A DNA stretch of 64,000 bases from Podospora anserina (GCA_017654855.1 CM030333.1:2356001-2420000), one strand, 5' to 3'. Shown: positions 45,659-58,569, counted from the stretch's first letter. Made by a program: numbers and translations. Notes: a model not told the origin generated them from the letters alone.

Positions 45659-48200
45659 CTAGGTCTGCAAAACGTCAAGGTCCTCCTCGGTCGGCTGCGC
45701 GGGGGTGTCCTGTGTCAGATAGTCCTCGCCCTTCTCAAACATGGCTCCGGGTCCTTGGTAGGATGGCACGGCAATCGTCGCCGTCGTGCTAATGCTGGGG
45801 GAGCGCGACTCCACGGTCCTGGGCGTCGTCTGTCCCGTCACCAGCTCGGGGGCCTCTGCTAGAATCTTCTCTGCCGGGTTAGGCTTGATCGGTCTCGGGC
45901 TCACCACTGGAGGCGAGGGGGCAACATAAGTAGGCGACCTCACATCTTCGGATCCGAACGGCAACGGACGGTGGGGAATCTCCTTTCCATCCACACTAAT
46001 GCTCTCCTGGCTCTGGCCGGTTCCGCTGGCACCCAACTTCTCCAACAAGACCTCGGATTGTTGCTTGGCCAACTTTTGGAGTTGAGCAGCCGGGTCCTTT
46101 TTGTGTCTCGGTTAGTCAAGCTCGTCTTGCAGCGACAGCATACCCCGATCATCAAATACATACCCATTCGTCTTGGGCGGGAACGCCCTCGGCAGCAGGC
46201 AGCTGTTGGCCATTATCATCAGCGTTGGCCCAGAACTGTCGCCTCCTGACCGGTGCGGGCGTGACCGGAAGGCTCGGACGGTCGTCCTCGGTAGGGAAGT
46301 CGGTTACCTTGATGGATCCTCTGCGCTCCTCGCTTGGCTCCTCCTGGCGTTCGCCGGATGTCGATCTGCCTGGGCTCGCCGCCAGAATCTGGCTCCTAGA
46401 CCTGCGGTGTCTCTGCATCGAGTCAACATAGCGGTTAATCTGGGGGATCTCATCCCACGCGTTGCTTTGGTTCAACGAGTTCCAGGCGGTTCCGCCGGGA
46501 GAGGGGGCGGTTCGGATGGCTGGACCTATAGGCGTAAACAATGGGTTTCTTCTTCCCACAACGTGTCGTCTTTGCTCACCAGGAGATTTCGGGGCCGGAG
46601 TCACGGGGGCCAAGGGGTTCTCAGCAAACACGCGGGTGGGGCGAGGCGCATTGTTTTCCCACGGGAAAACAGACTTGGGCTGATCGCGCTCGCTCGGTAC
46701 CGAGTACCACATGTTGCTGGGAGGGCTGGGGTAGCGGTCGGGTGCCTGGAACTGCGAAGTGTCTCTTGACATCTCATAGTGTGTGCGGGGGAAGTTTGCG
46801 GCCTCGGGCCCGGAATCGGTCGGGGGTGAGCTCCTCTGGGCATCCCATCCTGTTTGCGGCAACGTCTCAGTATATGCACCTCCAGATTCATTCGTCACCT
46901 TGGGTTCCGCGGAAGTGTGTTCCTCCTGGTGGATGTGATCCTGACTCTCATGATGGACATGATGGTCTCCAGAGTGGGCAACATGATCCTGGTTCCCCTG
47001 GTGTTCCTCTTGCGAGGGGGTAGGGGATTGCTGACCGTTGGGTTCGCCAGTGGGCACGACATAACGGGCCGTTGGGTTGTATTCTCCCTTGACAAAGTGC
47101 TGAACAATGCTGGGCGCGTGTCCGGCCTGCCCCGGAGTTAGTGATTTCTTTCGGCCGCTGCGGTCCGGACCTACCTCTTTGTGGTAGTGTCTGTCGTAAA
47201 CAGCCCACCACCTTCCGGTCATCTCATCGAAAGGTCCGGCGTCCGTGGTGCTTTCGCGTCCCTGCCTCCACGGCTTGTCGGCTCCAATGAAGTGCACCAT
47301 GTTGATGCTGCCCTGGAAGTGGCGGTAGGCGGGAACATATTGGTAGTGAGCTGACGGCGTGACGTTGTAGGTGAAGCTGAGGCGGTTATATGTGTTTCCA
47401 AAGTGCATGTTCAAGAGGCCCTGATCGGCGCCGTCAAACGAGATGCCGCGTTCGGCCATAGCCATCATGGCATAGTAGTCGCCCATGTTGGGGGTCAGGG
47501 CCATGACACCGGTGTTGAACAAGTCGGGCCATCCGATATCGGGAGCCGCCGAGAAGGCATGTGGGAGATCGAAGAGCTCATCCACGGCTCTGTAAGCAAC
47601 AACGTCGGCATCAATGTAGACAATCTTGCGGAACTGGGTCTGCTTCCACAGGTTGATCTTGGTAAAGGCCGAGTGGAGATCCGGGCGGTTCATCAAGAAG
47701 AGGTTGGCGGGCTTGCCATTGCGGATGCGGTCGACATAGATGACATAGTCGTATACAGTCTGCGCACCTGTTAGACCACTAGTTTTGTGAGAAGTGGTTT
47801 CTGAAGGAGCTTGCCTTGAGCGTAGCGATAACCTCGGTCGAGACGGTGTCTGGTGTGACAAGGATGGCGAGCTTCTTGGTGGTGCCGGCATCGCGCAACG
47901 AGTGGGCAAGGACAAGAGCACCTGGCAAGGCCAATGTTAGCACAAGCATTCAAATCAGAAGCATGTAGGAGCAAACCCACCGGGGAGATATGTGTCCGTC
48001 AGGAGGAGCTATTCACAATGGCTGTTTTAGCATCTATTCGCAAGCTGCGGGGTTGTCCCATGTGGTCTTCCACCCAACACTGTCGTCTGCTCCTGATACA
48101 CCAATACCAGGCGCAACAAGTGATGATAGCCCATCCAACCGTGGTGAACGACATCACTCACACTTGCGTACACGTCCTCCTTCTTCGTGCCCGTGACCAT
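45659..48200 (-). CDS. Glycogenin (GT8), multi-exon, including GC-AG intron 47760-47814
   Basis: MVTGTKKEDVYAS|LLLTDTYLP|GALVLAHSLRD..., FTKINLWKQTQFRKIVYIDAD, PDIGWPDLFNTG, SFDGADQGLLN and HFIGADKPW; last exon DPAAQLQKLAKQQSE. Confidence 0.93.
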
Positions 48201-50836
48201 GGCGGCGGTGTATTAGATGTCGAACCTTGGGGGAGCGTATGTGCGTGGCACGTGATATGTGTTGAGCGATAATGGTACAGAACAGGGCAAGTGGAAGATA
48301 GCAAAGCAGAAGAGCCACAGACAACAAAGACTTGAAGACCAAAAATAAGAACGGACGAAGTTTGTCGGGCCCGAACTGGAGATGTTTAAAAATGCAGGCA
48401 GGATGTGGCAGGAAGACTGGACGAAGGCGACTGAAGAGGATGGAAATGGAGCTAAGCAGCTTCCCTAGCTTGTTGTGCCGCAAGCGCTAATAATTGACAC
48501 CCCTGACGTCTGCCCCATCGGTTATTATCTTGGGTACCCTACCACTACCACCACCACCATCAAATCACCTTTTGCCTGACCGGCCCATGGCGATGTGCAA
48601 CCCAACGGCACCTTTTGATAATTCCTTCTTGCAGCCTGCAGCATGCGGCAGCTCTTGCATCGAAGCAGCAGGGCCCGGTGCAGAGCAGCGGGGCTACCGC
48701 AGGTCTTCTTGTCGCGATGATCTGTTTGGTTCTCCTTCCTGTGATGTTACGGCCCTCAAGAGAGTGGACATCAACCTTGGGCATTTTGTATGGCTTTTTC
48801 CAGCGTCTTTGGGTATCAAGAGACGTTGTAACCAAGAGCCCAGTGGGAGATCTCGCCTGCCAAGATTTGGACGTCAACACCGTTTTTGATGTTTCATTTG
48901 CGAGACACCTCATGGGTGGTGGCTTGCAGAGCGTCCCTTCTGCGCGTCTGCAGCATGCCGCCACTGGTGGCGTGAGTGCTATAACGACGATAACGTTGGC
49001 TACCGGGAAAGTTTTGTTTCTCAGTATAGTTTATGTCTGTAGCTGTCAGCGAGAACTCTTTGCTTTCTTTCCTACATCAGCCCTCCTTCTCTACCAAAAC
49101 CTTCAACACCAACCCCTCCCAGTCCCAGCTCCCCTTCCCAGCCCAGCAGTATCGCTAACACTTTCCTTGCCTGCCGGGATCAAGAAAGCAAGCACTTGGC
49201 AGGCGCCCAGGGCTCCACCATGGCGTTGGGCAAAGAGATCCAGTGGGGCCCCTTCACCATCAAAAAGCGGAGCCAATTGCATCATCAAATTCTCGCTCAA
49301 TCCTACCCCGCGGCCAAATGCCCCGCATTCCATCGCATCTCACCGCCAAGTGGTTGTGGTGTTTTTTATCAAACCAAACCTCCACTTGGGAACTCACTCC
49401 TCAGCCGCTTGGGTTGCAATCTCTCTAATAACATACCATGAGCGATATCAGAAAGAAAGACTCACTCACATAGCATAGCTACCCAACTATCACCCTTCGG
49501 CTCGGCCGTATTCTGATGCTAGTTAGCCCCCTCGATCCATCCCACCCTCCGCAGTTACAGCCAGCTCACACTCGCAGCTGCTCTCGAGTGAGGAACTCCA
49601 CTCACCCGTATCTCTCTCCTCTCAGCCGGCCCACTAGAGAGTTGGAAAGATGTCGAAACATCAGTCTAGACAGGCTCCAGTCACACGTGGGGGGAGGCAA
49701 TGGCGATGGTGTTTTGCGGTTGAGCCCAAACGCTGGACGCGCGGTTTGTGGATGGATGGATGTGAGACGATGAACAATGACCCCTGAGCCCCTGAGCACA
49801 GGAGCACCCTGATAGTGGAAACGTTTGTGAGGTCTTTTGGGGTTGGGCAACTGCCTCCTGGATTAGAAGACCAGACTTGGTGGGCTGGATCTGCTGTGGA
49901 AGGTTGAGCAGTTCTGGAGAAGACAGAGGTCGTAGGGTATTGTCTGGGTTGAAGTGTGCGGTGCCCGACGAAGAGACCTGAATGCGTCTTTGAGACATAC
50001 TGGACCGGCACCGGCCCCACTTACCGGCGGACGACCAACCACGGACTCGGACCCGGCAGTCGGTTGGAACCCAAGAGAGTTTCGGCCGGTCGAGTCTTCT
50101 CACGGGCAGAACTAACTCACCGACACTGATCTTCATAACTGGTGACTCTACGACTTGGTGATATCAACAGATCAGCCTTTCCGACCTTGCGTCACTGCAG
50201 CTACTGCCTCTCTGTCATCGTTTTCTCCACCGATCCGTCTCATGTGTCTAGTCACGCTAGTTTATGACACCGAGGCAGTTAGTTGGCTGCACACGCAAGT
50301 CAACGATGATCTGCCACAAAGAGGTATTTGCTACCTGCCCAGATACTGGACACCTCACTCTCGACTTTCTCACTTCATAATTCACCACTTGCCCCTGTCT
50401 GTTCCAAGTTACTCCATATTTCTCGCTCGCAAATATCCCGGACCCCAGTTCACTGTTGTCTCACTTTTCCCACCGTCCTCACCACACTCATCCATGACCT
50501 ACATCTTCAAGTGACACAATTTCCGAACGCGGCTTGGTTTTTAGCCATATCCATTTTGCTCAACCGCTTCTCATCATCCAAGCTCACCACCTCTCACCAG
50601 TCCCTCACTCACTCCGACTTTCCTTACCATACTAAGCAAGCACGGCACCCCCCATTTCAACGTAACCAACCCCATGATGAGAAACCTACTCTACTGCCAA
50701 AAACCCCCCTGGACCATTGCATCATAACAACTGTAAATTTCATCATTATAACCTCAACAAGAACATGGCATTTTCCTCCTGAAAAAGCCTTCCCATACAA
50801 AATGATATCGTACACATGCCCTCTCCCCCCCTAAAC

Positions 50837-52279
50837 CTACATATCCTTCTTCAACCCATGCTCCGGCTTATGCGTAGTCTCATAATCAACATGCACATAC
50901 GCCCGTTCTACATCCGGCAGCTCCTCCAGCTTCATCTGCAGCGCCTCCGCCACATCATGCGTCTCCCTCAAGCTCGCCTCGGCATCCATCACCACATCCA
51001 CCTCCGCAATCAGCCTCGGCCCGCTGTGATACGCCCTCACGGTATCAATCTGCCTAATCAGCGGGCTATGCGTCACACACACATACGTGATCAGCTGCTG
51101 AACCTCCACACTAGCCACAACGCCCACCAACAGCAAAAATTCCGTAAAAGCAGTCCTAAGCCAGAGACCAGAGATGACGACCGACAAGAAAATCGCACCA
51201 GCCGGGTCCAACCACCAGATCAGCTTGGAACCGCCAACCGAAGTCAGGATGCCAAACCCGTTGACAAGAAGGTCGTTCCTGTGGTCTTGCCAGAGGATGC
51301 GCACTTGGGAGTACTTGTCCTTGATGCCCCAGGTGTAGAGGAACAAGGTGAACTTTGTCGCAAAGGCCGCGCCGACGGCGATGATGGACGGGAGGTGGAA
51401 ATCCTTAAGTTGGTCCTCCCCGTTGTGCTCCGCCAAGTCCCTCGCGGCAAAAGAAATGATAATCATCGACACGGCTGTCATCAAAAAGCAAAAGACGATA
51501 TTGCCCACCGTTTCCAGTCTTGCTCTCCCGGCAGGAAACCGGTTCGGGTCAACTCTCTTGACTGCCCTGTTGGTGAGAATAAGCGTGACGTTGCTCATTG
51601 GGTCGAAGATGGCGTCTGCCATGGTGGTGAAAAGAGACAGCGACCCAGACGAGATGGCGGCGTAGAGTTGGAGGACGGTAAGAACCACGTTGGCAGCCAA
51701 AGAGCCCCAGACGGCGATCTGGAACTTGAGGTGATCTTCACCGTGCTCCTGTTTGGCTTCGGCGCGGTGTTCCTCGACCGTCTTGAGCATTCGCTCGATC
51801 GTTTCGTTTTGCGCTTCATAAAACCCGCGGAGCTGGCGGGCTTGGGTGGCGTTGCGCCCAAAGGGCTTGATGTATCCAGAGAACTTGCTGCTTTTGTTGG
51901 AGCCCGAGCCGGAGCTGGACGGGGCGTCTCGCTTCCTGGACGTGTTCGCCTTGATCTCAGCAAGTTCGGACTCGGTCTTGTATCTTTGCGAAAGGCCGTA
52001 GGGGTCGTTGCCGGCGCCGACAAGGGGGAAGCGGCCTGCCCGTTGAGATTCTACCTCGACATCGTCAGGGCGGTGGGGATGGCGGGCGACGGTGGTGTCA
52101 TCAGCGCCGTCGGTGGCTTCGATGGCGGTGCTGTTGGCGCCGTCTATAGTCATTCTGTTCATGGGAGCGGCGGGGGAGGTTGCGCGCGATCGGGACAGTC
52201 GAGGGGTGTTAGCGGTCTCGGACTGGGTCCTGAACGCGTGCGGGTGGAAGGAGATGCTGGCTGATAGATCCGGCTCCAT
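50837..52279 (-). CDS. Cation diffusion facilitator, Mn-CDF-like
   Basis: SGSLSLFTTMADAIFD and QDHRND (DxxxD metal sites), DPAGAI, and C-terminal HDVAEALQ..LEELPDVERAYVHVDYE. Confidence 0.93.
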   Translation of the reverse strand: MEPDLSASISFHPHAFRTQSETANTPRLSRSRATSPAAPMNRMTIDGANSTAIEATDGADDTTVARHPHRPDDVEVESQRAGRFPLVGAGNDPYGLSQRYKTESELAEIKANTSRKRDAPSSSGSGSNKSSKFSGYIKPFGRNATQARQLRGFYEAQNETIERMLKTVEEHRAEAKQEHGEDHLKFQIAVWGSLAANVVLTVLQLYAAISSGSLSLFTTMADAIFDPMSNVTLILTNRAVKRVDPNRFPAGRARLETVGNIVFCFLMTAVSMIIISFAARDLAEHNGEDQLKDFHLPSIIAVGAAFATKFTLFLYTWGIKDKYSQVRILWQDHRNDLLVNGFGILTSVGGSKLIWWLDPAGAIFLSVVISGLWLRTAFTEFLLLVGVVASVEVQQLITYVCVTHSPLIRQIDTVRAYHSGPRLIAEVDVVMDAEASLRETHDVAEALQMKLEELPDVERAYVHVDYETTHKPEHGLKKDM

Positions 52280-53575
52280 TGCGCCCTGTTTGACGAAATC
52301 TCGATCCCCGGTGTCAAAGTTGGAAAAAGCTCGATGGAAAAAGCTGCGGTATTTCCTTCCTGATGTAGAGATGAGGGGCCGGGGTCGCAGATGGTAGGTT
52401 CCACTCGCGATGTGTCAACGGATGGGTATCGCGATGATCTGATAAGATGAACGCGTGGAGAAACTGTCGTGGGCCGAGTTCAAAGAGATGGGATGAACTT
52501 CCCCAACCTTTTTCGATGGCTAAAGGGAAAGGGAAAGAGAGAGAGAGACAGACAGACAGAACTGGGGATGTCGCAGACAGACGGTCTTGTATCAGGGGGG
52601 GCGTGTTGTTAGAACCGTGCGAACCCCTACCTCAGCTTCGAAACGTGTTTAGCAAGATGGGGTTTGCGTCTGGACTCCAGCTTCTCGGATGGTTGATCCT
52701 GCCCGCACGGTGTCCACCGTGCAGATGTGATTTGGCAAAGGCCGTCGACAGCTGCTGCAAACGAAATGGGCGATGCGACGCTTGCGTCGGGCGCGCTGCG
52801 GGATGATGGCCGGGGGAATAGGAAAAAGAACTCCGCTGTCGGTGCCGGCGGGGAGCTTCCTCCAACGACTGTCCGGGGTCATTCATTGTGATGAGTGAGC
52901 GTCAAGGCTAACAAGTGCTGCGAGGCGCATCAAACGCGGGGGGGCGGTTGAAAAGTATCATATTTTTTAAAAAAAAAAATTTGGAAATTTCTCTTCCATA
53001 TCTTCATCCAGGTGACGATAAAGTCGATGTTGAGGCTGAACAGCACCCGATGATGGACGACATGGTTCGATCGTTTCGATTGACCATGGGTGTTTCTTCA
53101 GTGGGTTTAAGGAGGCAACAGCGGGGTCGGTGATTGGTGTTGATGAGGGGCCGATGTCTTCATTCGCAGCTTGGTGAGGAGGCCTCTTGAAATCGTCGAG
53201 ATGGCATTCAAATCGAAGCTCAGATGTCAAGCAATTCCTTGCGGAGGGCGTCTCCCACTTATAAACCGTTCATGCATATGGTTTTGCGGGGCCCCGGACA
53301 TGAGTCGGGACAGCTCGGAAGCAACAGGGCACTTCGCGGGTGACTGCCGAAGCCATCCCCGACATGCCAAGACCCACTACTCACTGTGTGTCCGGGTGTA
53401 CACTCGGGCAACCCTCTGTAGAACATCACTTATCATTACGAGGTAGGAATATCCAGGAAATACAAGAGACATATGCTCGTGACCTGACGCAGTCCCGCGC
53501 TTAAACCAACCTCTCCCGGCAGGACTACCCAAACCCATCACCACATCATTCAACTTCATTACCCCAATCTGATCG

Positions 53576-54639
53576 TCAAAGCTTGGCCTCCGTCTTCTGG
53601 CTCCCCTCCGCCTCAACGGGCACCACAGCCTCCTGTGTTTGCTGAGCCTTCGGTGTCTCCCCAGCCTTCTTCAACACCTCCTCCCCTCCCCCAGCCCGTT
53701 CCAATATCCAACCAGCGACATCCTCAAAAAACTCGCCACTACACTCCCCATCACAATGCAGCTGATGATACCACCCCTCATACGCCCTCAGCGTCCTATC
53801 CTTCACCCCACCCGCACACCCCTCAAACCACTGCTTCGTAGCCTCAAACCAGGTCGTCTTATCCGCCGTCCCATGCCCAACCCACAAGCTCTTCACCACC
53901 CCCTCCTTCCCCAGCTTCGTCCTCCCCTGCTGCAAATCATTCGTCCTGTCCAACAACCCGGCAAAACCCTCCAGCGTGCCCGTATCATGCATCAGCTCAT
54001 CCTCCTTGATACTCACTTGCACATGTTGATCCCTCGTCAGATGCTCGACAGCAATCTTGTGCGCAAGCTGAAAGTGCGGCATCAACCTCCCCGCCAGTCT
54101 TCCAACTGTAATCTTCAACCGAGACGGTCTTTCCTCTGGCGAGAACCCGATAAACGGTGCTTCAAGGAGGAGACCCCGAACCTTCTCCACCAAGGACTCA
54201 TACTTTGGGTCAGCAGCAAAGGTGAGAACTTGTCCTCCACCCATGCTGTGTCCCATTACGAAGACCGGTTCTTGGCTCCCGGGTGTGCCGAGAAGATGGG
54301 GCTGTGAGAGGAAGGCAGCAATGTCTGAGAGAACTTGCGCTGTTGGGCCCGTGAGACCCCTTTCGGCAGGTTTCTTGACTGACCGGCCCCATCCTCGCTG
54401 GTCAAAGCCGTACACAGCGATTCCTTTGGAGGCGAGGTGGGAGAAGAAGGCTGGGTAGCGGTTGATGTGGTCTGAGAAGCCGTGGATGAAGACTAGCCTG
54501 GCTTTGATGGGTCCATCGGGCTATGAGGTGGTTAGCGAGGGAGTAATGCGAGTAGGAGAAGGGAACAACGGACAAGCCATGACTTGGTGTAGAGCTCTGC
54601 TCCCGAGACGGTAAAGGTGCCTTCTTGTTCGAGGACCAT
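53576..54639 (-). CDS. Alpha/beta hydrolase, monoacylglycerol lipase/lysophospholipase (Yju3-like); intron 54521-54573
   Basis: FIHGFSDH, FDQRGWGRS, GHSMGG, HGTAD and YEGWYHQLH; ends in AKL. Confidence 0.9.
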
Positions 54640-55269
54640 TGTGAAGTTGTTTGATTGACTAGGTAATAACAATGGTGGATGTGATCCGAGATTAAATGGG
54701 AATGAAATAGCAAGAACAAAATCAAAAGAAGGGCTGGGACTAAAGAGGCATGATGGACGACACGACAAGACATGATGACATTGGTCGCTTTGTCGGAGGG
54801 CGTTCCATGTGGGGCTGGGCTGGGGCTTGGGGCGCAGGTCATCCCTCGTTCACGTGCCAATTATTCAACCTCAACCCTTCGACTTCAAGAGTTGCTCTTT
54901 CCCTGACTGCGCTGCCTGAGCTCCTTCCTGCAGATTCCCAAGCAGGCAACAGCTGACCACCTCAATTTAGGCGGAAGGCACTTACTTGACTCTCGGCTTC
55001 TTCTTCGGACGATGCCTGATTTTCACCATGCAACTTTTCAATGCTTACATTCTTCAATCCGATACAAAACCATCTTTGGAATCATATTCAGCGCCATGTA
55101 GTTCGCGTTGGTGGGCGATGACGGCCAACAGCCGTTCACACGAGTATACCGACCACGATCTCATGGATAACTCAACTACCTAGTATTCCAATTGGTACCG
55201 AACCAAGTCTCGAGTTCCACCGCCACCCCCAATTATTCGAAAAGCCTTGGCTTCCCCTGAGGCTTCTTC

Positions 55270-56405
55270 TCACCCTTGGGCTCCTTTGTCTCCTGTGGCT
55301 TCTGCTTGCCCACAGCCGACGACGACGTCCTGTTTCCCTTTGAAGACTCGAGGAGCAGTTCCGTTCCGCTTGGCGTTGCTCCCGCCCGACCACGCCTCCA
55401 AGAAACCACCAGTATTCTCCGCCTCCAACAGCCTGTAGTCCCGGTTATAAGTCTCCGAAGTGACGATCTCGTAGGCAAGGCAGTACCCTGGCCGGCTTCC
55501 TCCACGGGTGAGGTCCGCGTTGTCACCAGAGCACGTAAAGTTGGCCTGCTTCAAGGCCAGATTACACTCGCTGGCTTGGAGAGTGTGGTTGGCCATCAGG
55601 CTTGTCTTGTCGCACTCATGCCTATTTGGGTGGTCTGTCCAGTTCCGCGCGCTGATCCAGGTTGGGACTCGGTGTTCTGGATAGTCGTCCTGGGGGGTGG
55701 CCACTAAGAAGAGATCGGATATGCGCACTATGTCGTCCTTGTTTGCGTATTCATTACAAAAGTACTCAATGGCTGATTCCACGGAACCGGGAGTGTAGTA
55801 GTTATCACCCGGAGCGTCTGGACCAGTCCTCCGTGCGCCCGGTGACTTGAGAGGACAGGAGGCGTTGGCGAGCTGGGCAGTTGTGTCGAGATCGAAGTAA
55901 AAGTCATGATCGCCTGACGTGGCCAATGCCGGGGCTTGAACTTCTATGTCGGTGGTGTTGGAAATGTTGGGCTCGGGTTCGAGAAACTGTCAGGGGCACT
56001 TTTCATTCCTGAGCTTGTCGGAACCGGGTATCTTGATGCCATTTGCAGAGGAAGGCATCGAGAGTGCCTACACCGAGGGAACCGTCGCAGGTATCGCATA
56101 ACAAGGGGTGCGGCCGTTCTTCTTTGCTTCCATCGTTCAAGTCCACTTTTGAGACTGGGCAGGGAGGCCAGGTGCATGGGCAGTTTTCGAGACTGTTGTC
56201 TACGAGGCACGTTCCCTGGAGATTTTTATCCTCGCCCATTCCCATACAAGCCTCATCTTCGCAAAAGACGTCTTCGACTTTGAGGCACACGTCGCAAGGG
56301 CAGTTGATGATGGGCTCCTTGGTGCAAAGGTCGAGGTAATTGCCTTCGCAGTCGGGCTTAGGGCATTCAGGCTTGTCGTCGGGACAGTCGTCGTCATCCG
56401 AGTTA
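55270..56405 (-). pseudogene. Decayed 3' fragment of a Cys-rich, probably secreted protein gene
   Basis: Cys-rich repeats (CPxxxPEC...CPC) and a SAIEYFC...ECNLAL...C..TRGG...YCLAY module. Frameshift near 56040, in-frame TGA near 55990, no credible 5' end. Confidence 0.55.
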
Positions 56406-56477
56406 GTCTCAGTATAAATACACCAGATATTTCTTCTCACAGCATCATCATCTCTCCGCATCACTCGCCATCAACAA

Positions 56478-57530
56478 GAGACAGCAATTTGGGCCTTCCT
56501 CTTCCTCTGGGCCTTGGGTCTTGCCTGTCTCGCAACCGCGCTACCCCCCAACGAGTACCTTTACTGGATATCTTCAGAATGCTACGATCCGGATCCAGAC
56601 TTCGCAAAGTACCCCCAAGAGGCCTTCTACATGGCCGGCAGTGCAGCTGAACGGCTGGCCGATCCCACCGACACTGACTTCCACAACGTATTCTGGGCTA
56701 TTTTCAAGACCGAGGTCTCCGACCAGAGGGGGTACCACTACCCGCAGCTTTTCGAGGCCGTCTATGGCGAAACGAAAATGGCAGCAAGCGCCATCGTTAT
56801 GGAAAACCTAAACAGTTTGGGCAATGAATAGAAGAACACCACCAACCGCAACCAAGCCAAAGTGCACATCTGTACGGACGAATCCATCCCCCTTTTCACT
56901 TTGGTCTTTCTAATACATATGGCTCTGTTAACACTACTAGACCGCGACGACCAGGACCGTTACGAGGACACACGAGACCCGTGCAATATGTGGTATGTTT
57001 TTTTTCTAATCTTACCAACCATCCTTCCATCCTTCCATCCTTCCCATCTTTCTAACCACTGGCCAGATATATCAAAATCAACAGGGATGCCGTCCTGCCC
57101 GTCTTTGCCCTGCTTCACGAGTGGATGCATGCGTTTAGGTATTTTAGCATTGATTATCCCCATCCTGACAATGAGCACACGGCGGGTTGGCAGAATGCCA
57201 TGAGGCTGGATACGCAGTCGACTTTGAGGAATGCGGAGTCGTATGGTATGTTGAGTGGGTTGAGTTAGGGGAATCTGGCCGTTTGCTGACTTGTGAATAC
57301 TCAGCATTATTGGGACTCATGGCTTCGCTCGCGCTGATCTGACGCCTTCGCTTGGTGGGATCGCTGCTGCTGGGGGTGAGCGCGCGGGCTACACTCTTGA
57401 CTGGGCGTGGGCGCAGCGGCTGAACGATCAGAAGTGGCAGGCGAAGGTTCCGGATGCTGTGGAGGAGGGCGGTGTTTGGACGAACCCGGTGATGGGGAGT
57501 TGTCGGTTTATTGTGATATCACGGGGACGA
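56478..57530 (+). pseudogene. Decayed secreted HExxH zinc metalloprotease (M35/deuterolysin-like)
   Basis: Signal-like TAIWAFLFLWALGLACLATA lacking an ATG; in-frame TAG 56829-56831; three canonical introns; LLHEWMH (~57110-57130) and NAESY (~57230-57244); frameshift near 57330. Confidence 0.7.
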
Positions 57531-57799
57531 GGCGGACGAGGGGTTACGAGTAGGGGGGGCTCAAAGACATGTGGGTTTCAAGCGTACCTTGCGTTGCCCG
57601 GGGTTTCCTGTGGTTTTTCTTTTGATTTTTTAAGAGATATGGTTCGGGAGCATTGATAGGAGCAAGCAAAGCTTCTGGTAGATGGCCCATCTCACGCCGC
57701 ACGGTGAGTAATGGAGAGTGAGTTTGTGATGCTGGTTTGAATTGTGTGTTTTTCTGGCGTTGACAAATCTGTACCTCTACCTACTTGACACACCCATTC

Positions 57800-58525
57800 T
57801 TAAAGCCACTTCATCCTCCTCAACTCCAACTCCTTGGCCAACCTCTCCTTTGACCCTTCCTTTTCCCCCGCGGTAACACTCAACCCTTTGTTCTCCGCTT
57901 GGGATTTATACCCCCCTTTTCCCTCCCTCCTCCCCTTCCCCTCAGTTGTTACCCCCGCAACCCCAAAAGCCGGCGTTGGTTTTAGTTGAGTAGGCGTCTC
58001 GACGTCATCTAGTTGATTCCACCCATCATCATCATCATCATCATCGTCTGTGTCCTCACTTCTCCTGCCAGTCGAATATTTCGACGAACTCCAGCTCTTT
58101 TGCTTTGTGGCAACCTTCTCGGGGCCCTTGGTGGTGACGTCGGTGTCGTATGCCCCTTTTTCACCACCGCCATCACCACCACCGTAGTGGTCGTAGATAT
58201 CGTCGAGGTAATCACCCTGCCCGTCAGATTGTGTGCTGGACTGTTGTTGCTGGACCCCAAACCGGGATTGCAGAGGTGGTTGGGAGGGATAACTGTGTTG
58301 AGACTGGGAGCGTCTCCGAGAAGACTTTTTAGGCGGGGAAGGGGGTTTGGAGTAGGAGTATGGATAAAAAAGGGAGCGTTCAGAGGGGGGGATCCAATCT
58401 AACGAGGGTGCGGTTGATTGGGGGAGGGAGGAGGATAAGGCTGAGGCGATGTGGGAAGGGGGGTATTGTTGCGGAGGTTGGTGGGCGGTGGAGAATTTGG
58501 ATACGAGGGATGGCTTGGTAGGGGG

Positions 58526-58569
<44 letters not shown>

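Noticed and set aside
48615-49478. 287-aa ORF in the gap upstream of glycogenin
   Set aside because: Non-ATG start, no domain and no coding-like codon pattern.
50816-52264. 482-aa plus-strand ORF
   Set aside because: Near-exact antisense mirror of the CDF transporter gene.
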